Origin: Octopus vulgaris
Lineage: Eukaryota
DNA: 64,000 nt
Assembly (NCBI GenBank): GCA_951406725.2
Contig: OX597836.1
Location: 24,118,001-24,182,000, forward strand
Direction of reading: 5' to 3'
Both the position numbers and the translations under genes were made by a program. The notes beneath the pieces are model-generated. The model did no database searches. It saw nothing but the letters and a program-made list of their open reading frames with translations, and had not been told where the DNA came from. Positions 13,485 to 27,238 of this stretch are shown piece by piece. The stretch's first letter is position 1, and every line of letters begins with the position of its first letter.

Positions 13485-15228
13485 CTGGAAGAGCAAAACA
13501 ACTCATTAAATTGAGTAAGAAGTTATCGTTTGGCTGGAAAACAAAATTAAATTTCCAGGGAACAATGCTGAAAGAGAGGAAGTAACAAAGGCGACATGAC
13601 AGTATACTCCAAAGTGGGGTATATTTGGAATAGAGCGAGTGAAGAAAGGGTGAAGAATAGAGTGGGTGTAGAAATTGTAATTGCGACACCGAAATAAACA
13701 GGACTCGAGGGAGATTATTGAGCAGGGGAAAAGAGTTTTGCAACGAAAGGGGAAAAAAGCTAAACAGCGTAAAGAGAAAGAATCATGCAGCTGGTAAGGA
13801 GACAACAGTGGAAGGCCAATAGACAGACAAACGAAATACAGATTGACGAAGACAAAACTGAGAAATCCAACGTATCGTGATAAGAAGTAAAAGAAGTGGG
13901 GAGTGTAGAAAAATAATAGTCGAGAACACGTGGCACGAGGAAAAAAGAAAGATGAGAAAAAGACAATTAATGAGACATGAAACATGTAAAGACCGCTGGA
14001 ACTGACAAAGTGAAATACAATAGTGGGCGAGAAATAAGGACGAAGGATGTATAATAAACATGCGAAGGGTAGGTGAGAGAACATTAATAAAGTTCATAAA
14101 AAATAGATTAAAATGAATAGCTTAACAATATTAATTAGAAATTATTCGTAGTTCAATTTGGTCGTCGGAGAAACATAAAGAAATATTTGTCTTAATTAGT
14201 TTATCTTTGTTTTTATCAATAAGTCATGGTTTTAAGTATTGTATGTAATTAACTATCGATTGTATTATTTACAAATAACATTATTATCAACTTTGAAAAG
14301 TAATAAATATATTTTTTTGCAAGATTAGCTTCTTTCTCGGATTATGTATATTGCATTGACATATAAACATTACGAAAACGTTAAAAAGTGTTTAGACAGA
14401 ATTTATGAATGAATTTATTGAATTACAGAAAGATGCGCTTTTTTCATTACAACAATAGCAATCATTACCACAATATACCATATTCTTTTACAAAAATAAT
14501 CAATGATTTGAAAAAAAAAAAAAAAAGGAAAGAAAACAGAGACGATTTTATCTCCCATCAAAAGTTCAACAAAAAGCAAACTATTTCTGGTTTTGGTGTT
14601 TCTAGGTACAGTGTGTTTTTACTCATGTAAACATTCTAGATGAACGCGTCAACACGAAAGCCTTTGAAGCATTGGATCAGCGTTTGTTGCGTTCTTCCGT
14701 TATTTCTACTTTACGTTTGTTGATGTCTAGTTCATGTTATATCTTTCAAGTAAGCAGGTGTTGTAGACTGCTTCAGAAAATGGGATACGACACTTCGTAC
14801 ATATTCTTTAAGTATCCTAGCCAAGACTATTCCCGTAGATTACATTTTCAGTACTCTCTGTCATACAGCCGATAGAAATAACTCACATTAAAAAGAGAGA
14901 ATTGAGTTAAAATATTACACAAAAAGAAATGATGTGAGCAAAAATGTAGATATTTACTCAAAGAATAATATATTAGCATTAAATATAAATCAATTTGGTA
15001 AAATCTCACCAAATTAAATGGAGAAGGAATTGGTTACTTACTGTGAGAAATAACAGAAGAAAGATTTTGGTATTTAAATGTGTGTGAAAAACATTCATGA
15101 TTTTCCACTTGGGAATTTTGCAAGATTAAGATAACAATCAATGAATAAACATACATCGAAAGTAATATCATTTACAATGACATAAAAAAAAGTTTCACAC
15201 ATTCAAAATCATGTGTGCGTGTGCGCGC

Positions 15229-15316
<88 letters not shown>

Positions 15317-18031
15317 CACTTAAAGTATTAAACAAGAAATTCGGAAAAGATATAGCAAAATTGTTAATTTACTAAAAAGAGAGAGTGCTACTGGTGAAAA
15401 ATTAACTAATTTTCTTTTGCTTTCTGAAATAGTCTTCAAAGTCACTTCCACAGCTGCTGTCGGCTGTTTCGGTAAATATTAACTAAACTATGTCTAACTG
15501 TCCCTTTTCAAGGAGATCTGAGAGTAAGAAAAGGATGTAGGGGGCAACTTGATAAAACAGGAGAAAAATAAAAAATAAAAATACTAAAATAAAGAATCCC
15601 CTTGTGTGTTTTCTCTGGTAAATATAACTAAAAATTTCTGGGTTGAAAACAAGCAGTAAAATATGATACTGTTGAAAGCTTAAATTTGGTGTGTGTATGT
15701 GTATGTGCTGAATTTTGTTAGCTTTTATTTTCTATGGCAACGTTTATTTGAATGTGCAGACTCACTGTGTGACTACATGATAGCATATGTGTATGTATAT
15801 ACATAATACATACTTACATACACAGCCTTTGAAGTTACGCTCTCACAAACACACGTTTTTCATAACTTGGTAAGTATATGCGTGTGTGCTGATAACATGT
15901 ATGTGCGAATGTGTATATGATACAAGGAAATACATATACACGCACAAATGTTCATATTTGTATACATGTTTAAGTTGCATGTGTGTGTATAAATCTGAAT
16001 ATCTTCATGTGAGTATATACCAAAATGCTAGCGTTTGATCCCAGATGCAGTATAAGAAAATGTAAAGAAAGGGAGACGGAGAAAGATAAAAGTGACTTTT
16101 TTTCTTGAAGTTTGCGGTTCCTGTGATGTACACATCTCAAATTTACCTAGTCTAGCTTAGATCTTTGCCTTCGTTCTTTGTAGTTCTTTATCTCTGTTAC
16201 GCACTAACACCCCCTGCTCCGACAAGTTGTTTTTAGTAGGCAAACCATGACGTGGTCATTTGCTTTTAAATAATAAAATAAATATATATTATATATACAT
16301 ATTAAAAATAAAAAAATGAAAAATAAACTTATTCATGTAAAGATATTTTGCAGAGGAAATAGTACATGTAATTTTGATTGCGTACAAATTGTGAAATGTT
16401 GCTTTTGATGTACACACAGAAGATTCCTGTGAATATACTTTTCGCATTTTGCTTTAGATTTATTAAGAAATGAGAAAAAAGTTATTTGCTTTGCCTTCAG
16501 TTCTTTCAGAGATTCACTTGGAAGCAGATAGTCTCAGCTTTGTTCTTTCTTATTCGATACTGCTTGTTTTAGTCGACTAAGTATGCAACTACGCAACTTA
16601 TCTATAGTAAAAGAACTTCATACAGCAGGAAACCACAACTTAAAACAGACCCACTTAAAATAATTTGTTTAGAAAACTTTGAATTCAACATTGTGTTTCC
16701 AAACTGCGATTTAAGAAGTCAGAAATTAAACAAGTCTGAAACTTTGGACAAATGTGCTTCACGAACGGTTCACGGAAAACTGGTGTATATTTCCAATGCT
16801 GTTTCCAAGGAGATATTATCATTAAATTAATTTTGCTTATATCTGTTTCAAAAGGAATAAATAACAAATTCCTCTTCTAAATGAACAAATAACAAAGACA
16901 ATCTTTGACGGTTTTGAACTCAAGATGTGACACCAATTTTTGGATACTGCATGACATTGAGTCCATTTCTTTCATGAACGAACATCTCTTACCGTTCAAA
17001 TATAAACATACTTTTACAAGGCTCAATGTAAAATATAAAAAACGTTAATGTCCTCACCAAATTGCTGAAATTACTACCACTCGACCAAGACAATTGTCAC
17101 CACAAAACAACGTGATAAGAAATATTACAAGGTAACTAAATTTGCTATTTTACATATAAAACTTGTATTACTTAAAAACGATTGTGTACATGTAGTAGGT
17201 GATACATTTAATGTTACGTAGAAATGCAAAAAAAAAAAACGGTATCGGATAACAGCATTTATAAGTATTGTTTTGTTTAATAGATATTACAAGATACATC
17301 ATTATTCTTTGTTGTAAATTATTGCCTATTTTATGATGAAGCCTGTTCGCTGTAAGTATTTTTCAGATGAAAAGAAAAAGACTCAACGAATTATGACTAA
17401 AATTAAATTCGTTACTCATTTAGCATAATCCTTTGAGACAGTGACTAAATATTTTTAAAATATTTTATCAAACTATTTGTATCTATTGCAAACAATTCCG
17501 ATTTGTATGAACAGCTGAAACGGAGATCTACATTTCCTTAACTCATTTGAAATACTAAAGACTTTTAGTCAGAGTGAGATTTGCTTCTACGAAATTGACT
17601 TGTATGACCCTTTTCATCGAAAGAGTAATACGTGTTGTTTTTATTAACATTTTATTTCAAGCTTATTTCCGTATTTATATAGTGGTGAACCCCTACCCCA
17701 CCCTCAATAACAGTGAGATTTAACAAAAACTATACATCCCTCTTGATTAATTCCCTTTTCTACTTTCTGAACATAATATACATGCCGACACATAAATGCA
17801 TATATATAAACATACAAGAGCGCGCACGCGCGCACACACACGAACGCGCGCGCGCGCGCACACACACGAACGCGCGCGCGCACACACACACGAACGCGCG
17901 CGCGCGCACAGCCATATAGTATAATATGATATAATATAATATAATATAATATAATATAATATAATAATATAGGGAGATGTACTTGCATAGCAAAGGATTT
18001 GATCTGAGATCGTGCGCTGAAACGAAAACAT

Positions 18032-18150
18032 TTGCGGCGTGGAAGGTGTTTGTAAGCCATTTAATTGACAAATTAAACTTAAATGTTGAAGTGAATCGAA
18101 CGGCCTTTGTGTGTTTCTTAAATGGCTTACAAACACCTTCCACGCTGCAA
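18032..18150. repeat. 33-bp inverted repeat (1 mismatch, 53-bp spacer)
   Basis: TTGCGGCGTGGAAGGTGTTTGTAAGCCATTTAA at 18032-18064 versus 18118-18150. Confidence 0.9.
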
Positions 18151-18157
18151 TTGTTAT

Positions 18158-18223
<66 letters not shown>

Positions 18224-18229
18224 GCATAT

Positions 18230-18480
18230 AAACCTTCAGTCCTGTGAATCATCCACCAACTGGTTGGTTTGTAAGTGATTACTTTCAGGGGTAACATACT
18301 CCACGTACCTCGCCCTATTACAAATTCATACTCTCCTTCAAGACTAAAAGTCCACTGCGCCTGTCCCATTTCTTTCTGTAAGCATCGCATCGATGCGTGG
18401 AACAAACCAAAGTATCCTATGCTTAAAGTGGTATCCTGTGATTTGAAGAGATTAGGCTACAATTTCTAGCAGATCACACC
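18230..18480 (+). mobile_element. Old CR1-like LINE 3' fragment
   Basis: RLKVHCA...RIDAWNKP resembles the CR1 ORF2 C-terminus. Confidence 0.5.
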
Positions 18481-18549
18481 ACACTTAGTGTCTCTCTCGT
18501 GATACGTTCATGTTGGTTTTTGTCAGAGTAATTGTACGCGTGTATGCGT

Positions 18550-19144
18550 TGGCGTGTGTTGTGTGTGAGTATGTGTGTTGTGTGTGTGTTGTGTGTGTGT
18601 GTGTGTGTGTGTGCTTTATGTGTACATTTATACATGCGTACATATAAACATATATATCCATATATGTACGTGCATATATTTATATATGAATATACATATA
18701 TACATTTATATATATACAGATAAACATATATAGATATATATATACAGATAAGCATATATATATACATACATATATACGTATATATATATATATATACATA
18801 TATACATATATACATATATACATATACATATATATATATACATATACATACATACATATACATATACATATATATACTATATACATACATATATATACAT
18901 ATATACATATATATACACATATACATATATATACACACACACATATATATATATATACATATATACATATATATATATACACATATATAGATACATATAT
19001 ATACATATATATAAATATACATATATATATACATATATACATATACATATATATATACTTATATATACATATATATACATATATACATATACATATATAT
19101 ACACACAGACATGTATATATATATGATATATATATATATATATG

Positions 19145-19234
<90 letters not shown>
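18550..19234. repeat. Compound (GT)n/(TA)n/(TACA)n microsatellite
   Basis: Direct reading. Confidence 0.95.
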
Positions 19235-19237
<3 letters not shown>

Positions 19238-20564
19238 TGCTTATATATAATGATACGTAATTGTAAGATCCAACGATCAAGGTGTAGGAAGTTAGTAAGC
19301 TTCGAGCAGTCCGTGGTTGGTATAAAAAGAACAACGTTCAGGAACAAGAATAGTTTAATGGCATATAAAGTTGTAGCCTGTTCCCATATCGGTGTTCAAT
19401 GAGCTGGAAAAAAGCAACCTTCATAAATGTAACCATAGAGTGACTCAAGGGCCGAGAGTCTTGCGCGCTGGCACTTATCAAAGTGGCTTATTATATATAT
19501 GTGTATATCCAGTCAGTTGTTCATAAGTCCGAAAAAAATTATACTCCAAAAGTTTATTTGAACAGTAATATTTTATGTAGGCGTTCAGTAGGATAGGAGT
19601 TTTGTATCTTCTGCTAGTGTGTCTGATGATGTACTTTTGTTGCTAAGAGCAATAGTAGATAAGAAACCAATGCTAACATTCTGATCTGCCATAACCAACG
19701 GCTACTCAAAATATATATAGGGAGGGAACTGGGTTGAATTTATATGTTGAAGAACAGCTTAATCAAGTTTTTGCTAACTTAATTTTCCCTACAAACTTTA
19801 TATCCAATCAGTATTAATAGAATTCAGAGAAAATTTCACATCAACATACTGAACTTACCCACAAATTATCCAACGTATTGCCCTTTTTTTAAAAATTTCT
19901 GATATAAACCATTATCAGCTTCCTCTGATTACGAATGATGGCCAATAATATTCCCTATCAATGATGGTTTTCATTCTATAAATAAGAAAATTATCAATGT
20001 TCTTGATCTTCGTCATGAACACTTTAATTCTAGAATACTGATATAGCGGTAACGTTATTCGTTTTTCCCAATCTCATATATTAGTCTTTAAAAAAGAAAA
20101 CATATAATGTTTTTTCAAAATTTAAATAAGATTAATTGAATTCGCTAGGGAAGGAGAATTCGAATACTGTATCGAGTAAATAAACACCTAACAGAAGACC
20201 AAATTGTTATGTTTCAAAAACATGACATTCTATCAGAATTTAAATGAGAACTCCTGAAACGATTTTGCTACATATCCTTGTGCAATTTCAGTTTCCAGCT
20301 TGAGTGATTTTCGAAATGTTAGTCAATAAATCTGAATCGGAACTGGATTTGACTGGGTTGTATCGTCAAATTGTAGACTTTGTAATGAGAATATCTAAAA
20401 GAAGTTACCAACGTTGTACATTCAACAATTTGCTGGGGTTAGAACTGCCTTAATTTTTATTTCATTCAGATATATACATGCAAAGGTTTTAGTACATATC
20501 CTAGATTATTATCAACAACAGCAGCAACGACGACTGTTACGGCCGTGCAAAGCGAGAGTGAAAG

Positions 20565-20595
<31 letters not shown>

Positions 20596-20852
20596 TGTCT
20601 CTGTCTTTGTCTCTCTATACACAGACACATGAATATATATGAGTGCATGAGTGTGTGTGTATGTGTGTATGTATGCATGTATGTATGTATGTATGTATGT
20701 ATGTATGTATGTATGTATGTATGTATGTACGTACGTACGTACGTATGTATGTATGTATGTATGTATGTATGTATGTACGTACGTACGTACGTATGTATGT
20801 ATGTATGTATGTATGTATGTATGTATGTATGTATGTATGTATGTATGTATGT
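20565..20852. repeat. (CT)n and (TATG/TACG)n microsatellites
   Basis: Direct reading. Confidence 0.95.
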
Positions 20853-23351
20853 ATTTATACCTTTTTTGATGCACGAGTCGTATTTCAGGGGTGAACAATG
20901 TTTTGTTCTTCATCCTGAGAGTTTATTAAAATTTATTAAGATGCATAGAAGAAGAACCATACTCATCATATTTCTTGGTTTAGTAAAGGAGGAAGTTACT
21001 TTTGGGAACAGTGCTTCAACCGCAATATATAGCTTAGAGACAATGCAAATGTTAACAAATTTGAGTTTCTAAGTCCACCACTTGCATATTAATGGTTACA
21101 GCTTTTCACCGAAGGTTTGACCAGTCAATACAAAATTTCTTCAAGAAATATGCAGGCCAATCGAGTGTTAGTAATTTACTTCACTAATTCCCTAATCCTC
21201 CAGTTTAGATTGAGCAGCGAAATCTAAATGGAGAGCTGCAAAAGACGAGCGAGTATGATTTAAAGAAACGCTTGAGGTGAAAATCGTTTGAGGGTTTTAA
21301 TATTTTATGGGTCAAGTGTACATTGCACACCAATTTCAAAATGTTTAGACGCAATTATTTACAGCGTTTGGAAATAAGATAACTGAATAGAAGGGGTAAT
21401 AGTCAGATATTCGTTAAAAATCACAGGTACCAATAAATAAATAAAATGATAGAATTACTCAGCTCTTTGTTTTAAATATGATTCTTCAATTATCATCCTC
21501 AAAATTCAACATCGGTTGGATTTAGTTTAACGTCATCTTCTTAGTGAGCTGAGCTGGCCACAAACATTCAACTCAAAATTCTAGCTTCATGTATATAGAT
21601 GTATGTGAGTGAGTGAGTGAGTGAGTGTGTGTGTGTGTGCGCGCGCGCGCGTGTGTGTGTGTATACGCGCGCGCGTGTATGTTTCCTCCAGAAAGTTATG
21701 TCAATTATGTTTCGATTACCGTTCATTGAATTCAGTATCACTAATGATTCTTTGACCTTTCATCCAATTAGATAATACATATTTCGACCAAGTTTAATGG
21801 TTTTGATAAGATTTAAGTCACTATGATTCCCAAGCTCTATAGATATTTTTCAAGATACAACACATGATCTAGCAGACACGATACCAGGAACTACCAAAGA
21901 GGTTGACAGTTCTCATTTTTAAGACTACTGTGTGAAGTATCGATAAGTAGTTCAAAATAAGCAGTGCTGAACAGCAAAATTTGTTGTCCTGCAGTTCACA
22001 ATTCAGTTTCTCCCAGTGGAAAATTTTCCTGTGATAAACTGTTGACCTTTCTATAAGATCTGTTTCACTAACACAGAAAGCGCAAAATATCCACAGACTC
22101 CAGAATTCTTATGCGACTATACATAAATACAAAACAAAAACTTGCAGTTAGCAGCATATTTCATGCCGTTTTCCGAGGCTTAATTTGGAAGTTCGTACCT
22201 TCTCCTAAATAACATAACAATAATAATGATATCAGTGTCTGGCAAATACAACATTCAGCGTAATAAATTTCGTGAATATTAAAGAATAGTTTGTTGTAAG
22301 CTTGAAACCTTAGGCTCACATTCTTTCAAACACTATTGGAGTAAAGATAAATATTACTACATGAAACTATTTAATATTATATTGCATTAAATATACTAAT
22401 GCCTCTAAGATTCGTTCTGGTATCGTAATTGCACCCAGATAAAGTCACTGTTTGATCAATCAATATGAATTTAGCATATCATCACTAGGATATTTGATCG
22501 ATACAATTTATTGTATCCGACAAATTCATGGCGTTTTAATCATAACAAAAGAATACAGTTGTTATTTTGGATTGCAATTTTGCTTATTATACATTTTTCT
22601 TCACCACTATTAAGTGGGCAGCAACATCACTTCATGACTTGAGAAAACTTCAAACTCGGAAGTTATTCTTTTCTAAAATGTTCTAGTAGTAACAACAATA
22701 CTTGTTGTTCTGATGAAACCGGAAGAAAAATGTCACACGGTAACAAATTCATTGATAAATGTTACAGGAAAACTAATAAATGACTGATTTATTGGCTTTT
22801 TGTTATAATATTCTTTTAGTTTAAGACATTGAATAAATTGCGACCTTTGTTTTTTCTCGCATAAGTTTAATGCCATTCTATAAATTGTGTTATGTACAAG
22901 TGTTGTATTGTCAGTAAATACGTAACTTTAAATAGTATTTGTTTAATGACTTGAACTGTTTATATGATAGTTAAATGAGATCTAACCTTTTACTTTTGAC
23001 TTTTTCCTGTAATTTTATTTCCGTTCAAATCTGTAACACCCATCTCTACAGGAGTACACTGATCTATAAAAATAGAGCGCATCGATGATTAATTTTTCCA
23101 TGAAAAAATTTGGACAGGCTACTTTGATCTGCCAAGCTACATACCAAGATTTTGGATCACTACGTTATGCCTATGCCAGCTCCCATCGTGGTATATAATT
23201 TCAGAGAACAGGAATAAAGTCACAGTATAAGTCAAAATTCGCTACAAACAATTCATAGGTTAAATGTTACTTTTCATTTAAATATCATTGAAGTTACTTA
23301 TCAACTGATAACAAATAACTTGTAAACAGACAAGTCATGTATATTTATATA

Positions 23352-23520
23352 AGCGCAGGCGTTGCTGTGCGATAGGAAGTTTGTTTCTCAACCACTTGGT
23401 TCTGGGTTCATTCCCACACTGCATGGCACTTTGAGCAAGCGTCATCTACTATAACCCTGAACCTACTAAAGCCTTGTGGATGAATTAGGTGGAGAAAAAC
23501 TGAAAGAAGCCCATCGAATA
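23352..23520 (+). mobile_element. SINE family B head (degenerate)
   Basis: GCGCAGGCGTTGCTGTG...GGGTTCATTCCC...AACTGAAAGAAGCCC. Confidence 0.75.
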
Positions 23521-24272
23521 TATTATGTAAAACGAAACTCGAGAGTAAGAATCCCCATAAACCACCTTTTTTTCTTTTGTTGTATTATGATAATCTTCGA
23601 CACTTTAAATACGCTCTCATCTGAAAAAGTACGGATTATGGTGACCTAGACCAATCTATTCTATAGGAACACATGTATTCTTCTTCGAGGCACTTTCATA
23701 ATCAAATTTTCATTCTGTGCAGCGGGCATTATTTTCCATTATATAATAAAATCTAGAATTCTAAACATGTGGATAGCATAGCCAATAGTATTCCTGATGG
23801 TTTGGGATACGCAATGTTCTACATTTATTGACTTAGATACCGAGTCATTATACTTAAGGAACTTAGGCTGGAAGCCATAAACTTCAATTGCATGACATAC
23901 TCTGATTGTCAGAATAAATTATTTTAAAGACGGAATGCAAGGATAGACAAAATGTCTTTAAAGTACGATACAAGCCTGTTTGTGATATGAGAGTGATATT
24001 ACGATGCAGGTACACCGCACAGCCGATCTACCCCTGGTAAAGGCACTCAGAGCTAGGCTAACACGGTGTTAGGACATGAGTATGGTTGTCACTTTGTGTC
24101 TGAGTTGTGGACGGAAGGATTAAGTTTCTTTTATGATTTGCGCATTTTCTATTTATTTTTTCCTTCTGAGAGTTTATGCTTTTGGTTCATAAATGGAGCA
24201 TTCTGAGACATTTCATTGACGATCATTACACATTTGGTAACCCGAACGGGACACTGAAACACTATATATATA

Positions 24273-24365
<93 letters not shown>

Positions 24366-24374
24366 AGGTATATT

Positions 24375-24422
<48 letters not shown>

Positions 24423-24533
24423 CTATTTTAGTTAAGACTATTGTGACTATAAGTGCTGTTTTTTAAAGTTTGCATATATTTTGTGTATTTTTATACTCAT
24501 GTATATCCATATAACTATTTATGTACATCTAAG

Positions 24534-24564
<31 letters not shown>

Positions 24565-24746
24565 TAGTCGGGCCCGTGAGTGTGTACTTTTATTTGGATT
24601 GTCTGTATGTAATAGTATACACACGCACATGCGCGCGCCCGTGCATGTAAGTAAATGTATATATATGTATGTACTTGTGCATGAGTGTCATTGTAAATGA
24701 TTGTGTATATATGTGTATATTCATGTGTGTCCTAGTATGTATGTAG

Positions 24747-24784
<38 letters not shown>

Positions 24785-24840
24785 TGGTTCTCTGCCTTAT
24801 GTATTTAAACCAGCAGTGGTGTATGTGGATAGCATAGCCA

Positions 24841-24981
24841 GTAGTATTCCTGATGGTTTGGGATAAGCATTGTTCTACATTCATTGAATTTTAAGTTAAT
24901 TTGTTAATTATATATCCTAATTTAAGTAATTATGGAATTTAATATGCTTATTCCTCTTGAAACAGCTGTTGTAATTTACTA
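24841..24981 (+). ncRNA. Hammerhead-like motif with variant core CTGATGG
   Basis: CTGATGG at 24850-24856; stem GGGATAAGCAT/ATGCTTATTCC; GAAA at 24959-24962; palindrome AACAGCTGTT; GTT triplet. Confidence 0.6.
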
Positions 24982-25689
24982 AATCATAACGTATCTTTAA
25001 ATATATACCTTTCTTCCTTTACCTATATGTGTGTGTTGGTGAGGAAGTTTGTCTGTGTAGGCGCGTGTGTATTTGTTTGTGTCTGTATGTTTGCATATGC
25101 CTGTTTATGCATATTTGTATTTCTATTGATCAAAAGGTTCTGTCAACTTTTGTTTTACTGGCTGATAACTATCTTAATGTGAATTCTGTAATTTTCTCTG
25201 TTAATTTTTCTTGTTAATTTTCTTTCATGGGTTGCTAATTTTAGCAATATGTATTTGATCCTGTAATCTTTTAGTATTATCTCAGCGAAGTGAGAAACAA
25301 AAGCATACATTTTTAGTGTGTGTGTGTGTCTCAGTGTTCGTGTATGTGTCTTCTGGAAGCGTCTCTTTCTTGACTGGGTCTAACGTTATTTTGCAAAGCG
25401 GTTGTTCGTTGTTCAAACTCCTGTATATCATCATTTAGATACTATCATCTGACATTTACTGGCGTTTAATTTTATTGATCGCTGATATCATTAAAAATAA
25501 AGCTACACTAGTTATGGATTTTCGGTTTTAATAACAGAAGGTTATTTGTGTTCATAATAAAATATTTCTGCATCGCATATCTAAACACATTATAATGAAT
25601 CGAAAGTGTCAGCAGAGATTTATTGTAACATCTTAATTTTGAAGATTTTGAATTCATACATGATGCTCTAAATTTTTTATTCGAAATAC

Positions 25690-26115
25690 GGATCTTTTCG
25701 GTTTGAACGGCAGTTTTTTCTAGCGGTGTCATATGAAATTGTTACCCATAATTATGACCCTAGAATCGATCTATTGCATTTCAATCTCTTTTAGGGTTAG
25801 GGTTAGTTAGGGTAAGGGTGGGGGAAGTTTATTTCTTTTTTCTTCACAAATGTAAATAAACCCAATCTGTTTCTGAAATGAGGGACATATTCATACGGCA
25901 CAGAATGCTTTTTAACTCAATAGACGTTATTGATTGGTTGAAATTGCAGAAATTGAAGAAAAAAAACAACAAATATCTTACAAACTATAGAATTTTCTCA
26001 ATAAAGCCAAGAGAAAAATATGTTTTATAAACACATTCTAGCAGTATACGAAGTTTAAAATTTTTTAGTTACCTAGAAATTATGTTAAAAACTGCCGTTC
26101 AAACCGAAAAGATCC
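25690..26115. mobile_element. MITE with perfect 29-bp TIRs and 8-bp TSD (Merlin-like)
   Basis: TIR GGATCTTTTCGGTTTGAACGGCAGTTTTT at both ends; TSD CGAAATAC at 25682-25689 and 26116-26123; internal TTAGGG motifs. The superfamily is inferred from GG termini and TSD length. Confidence 0.85.
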
Positions 26116-27104
26116 CGAAATACTTCTAAATTCATTTGTACCACAAATACGCGTTTACACCAAATGATAAAAAAAAGTGATATCAAATGTGCCTTCGCAG
26201 AATAGATCAGAACATCCATAAAAAACATGCTTATCAATTTGTAAGTAGTAGCATTTACTTTGTAACTGATATACTATCTAAGCGAAATTAACAAGCCTAG
26301 TTTCAAATGATATTAATGGGGTTTTATTTTTTCTCGGCGGTTTGAGCACATCGGTCTCAGAGCAGAGATTAAAGAGAAATGAACTCCTGCCACATGTTAA
26401 AAGATTGCGAAGTTTTCCTTTTAGATCTTCGGTCCGACAAGTTTGCTAAGTTAGCTATTAGATAATTTTCAGGGATTTCTAAAATGTGTTGCCCATGTGT
26501 GTGTAAATGATATTATATTACGTATCATGTTGATATTTTACGGACAAAATGAATTGTGGCTATTTGGCCGAAATAAAGACGCTTTGAATGCTTTTATAAA
26601 CTATAAAAAAAGGTAAATAGCTGTTATAAAACTCTAAAGCAGTCTGCTGAATGGTTCTTTTAAATCCAAGTTTAATCAAACCACTTTCCTATGATATTTT
26701 AATTTAAATATCATAATTATAATCAAATTTACAAATATTGTATCGATGCAGTTTGAACATAATGAATTAACAGTTGAAAAATTAATTTTTATGTATAATT
26801 TATACAATTTATACTCAATCGTGCAATGTCGTTTAGCATATATGTTTTTATATATCTTTATGTGTTTTTTTATTCATATCTAGCATACCTTTTTAATAGA
26901 TAGCAATTACCGCTTCTCATGTTTTAAGCGACGTCAAGTGAAACCGAAATCAGCAACAAAAAGAACCTAGGTTAACAAATGCTTGCAAATAAACGAGGAA
27001 ACAAAACAAATAAGATTAAGTGGAGAAACACTATTTTGTTCACATACTTCGTTGACTGCTGAAGAGTATTTCAAGAATTTTCAAGCTTTCGTGTGGTATG
27101 CATT

Positions 27105-27158
<54 letters not shown>

Positions 27159-27195
27159 ACACATGAATGTATATGTATACATACGTACATACACA

Positions 27196-27238
<43 letters not shown>

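Noticed and set aside
13485-14097. Long Phe/Leu/Ser-rich minus-strand ORFs, including the N-terminal extension of the exon 3 ORF
   Set aside because: Pyrimidine-rich intron sequence upstream of a clear AG acceptor, with no recognisable protein similarity.
14640-14880. Possible old LINE RT remnant on the minus strand
   Set aside because: Only a faint LQxLL...LxIN resemblance; not supportable without a search.
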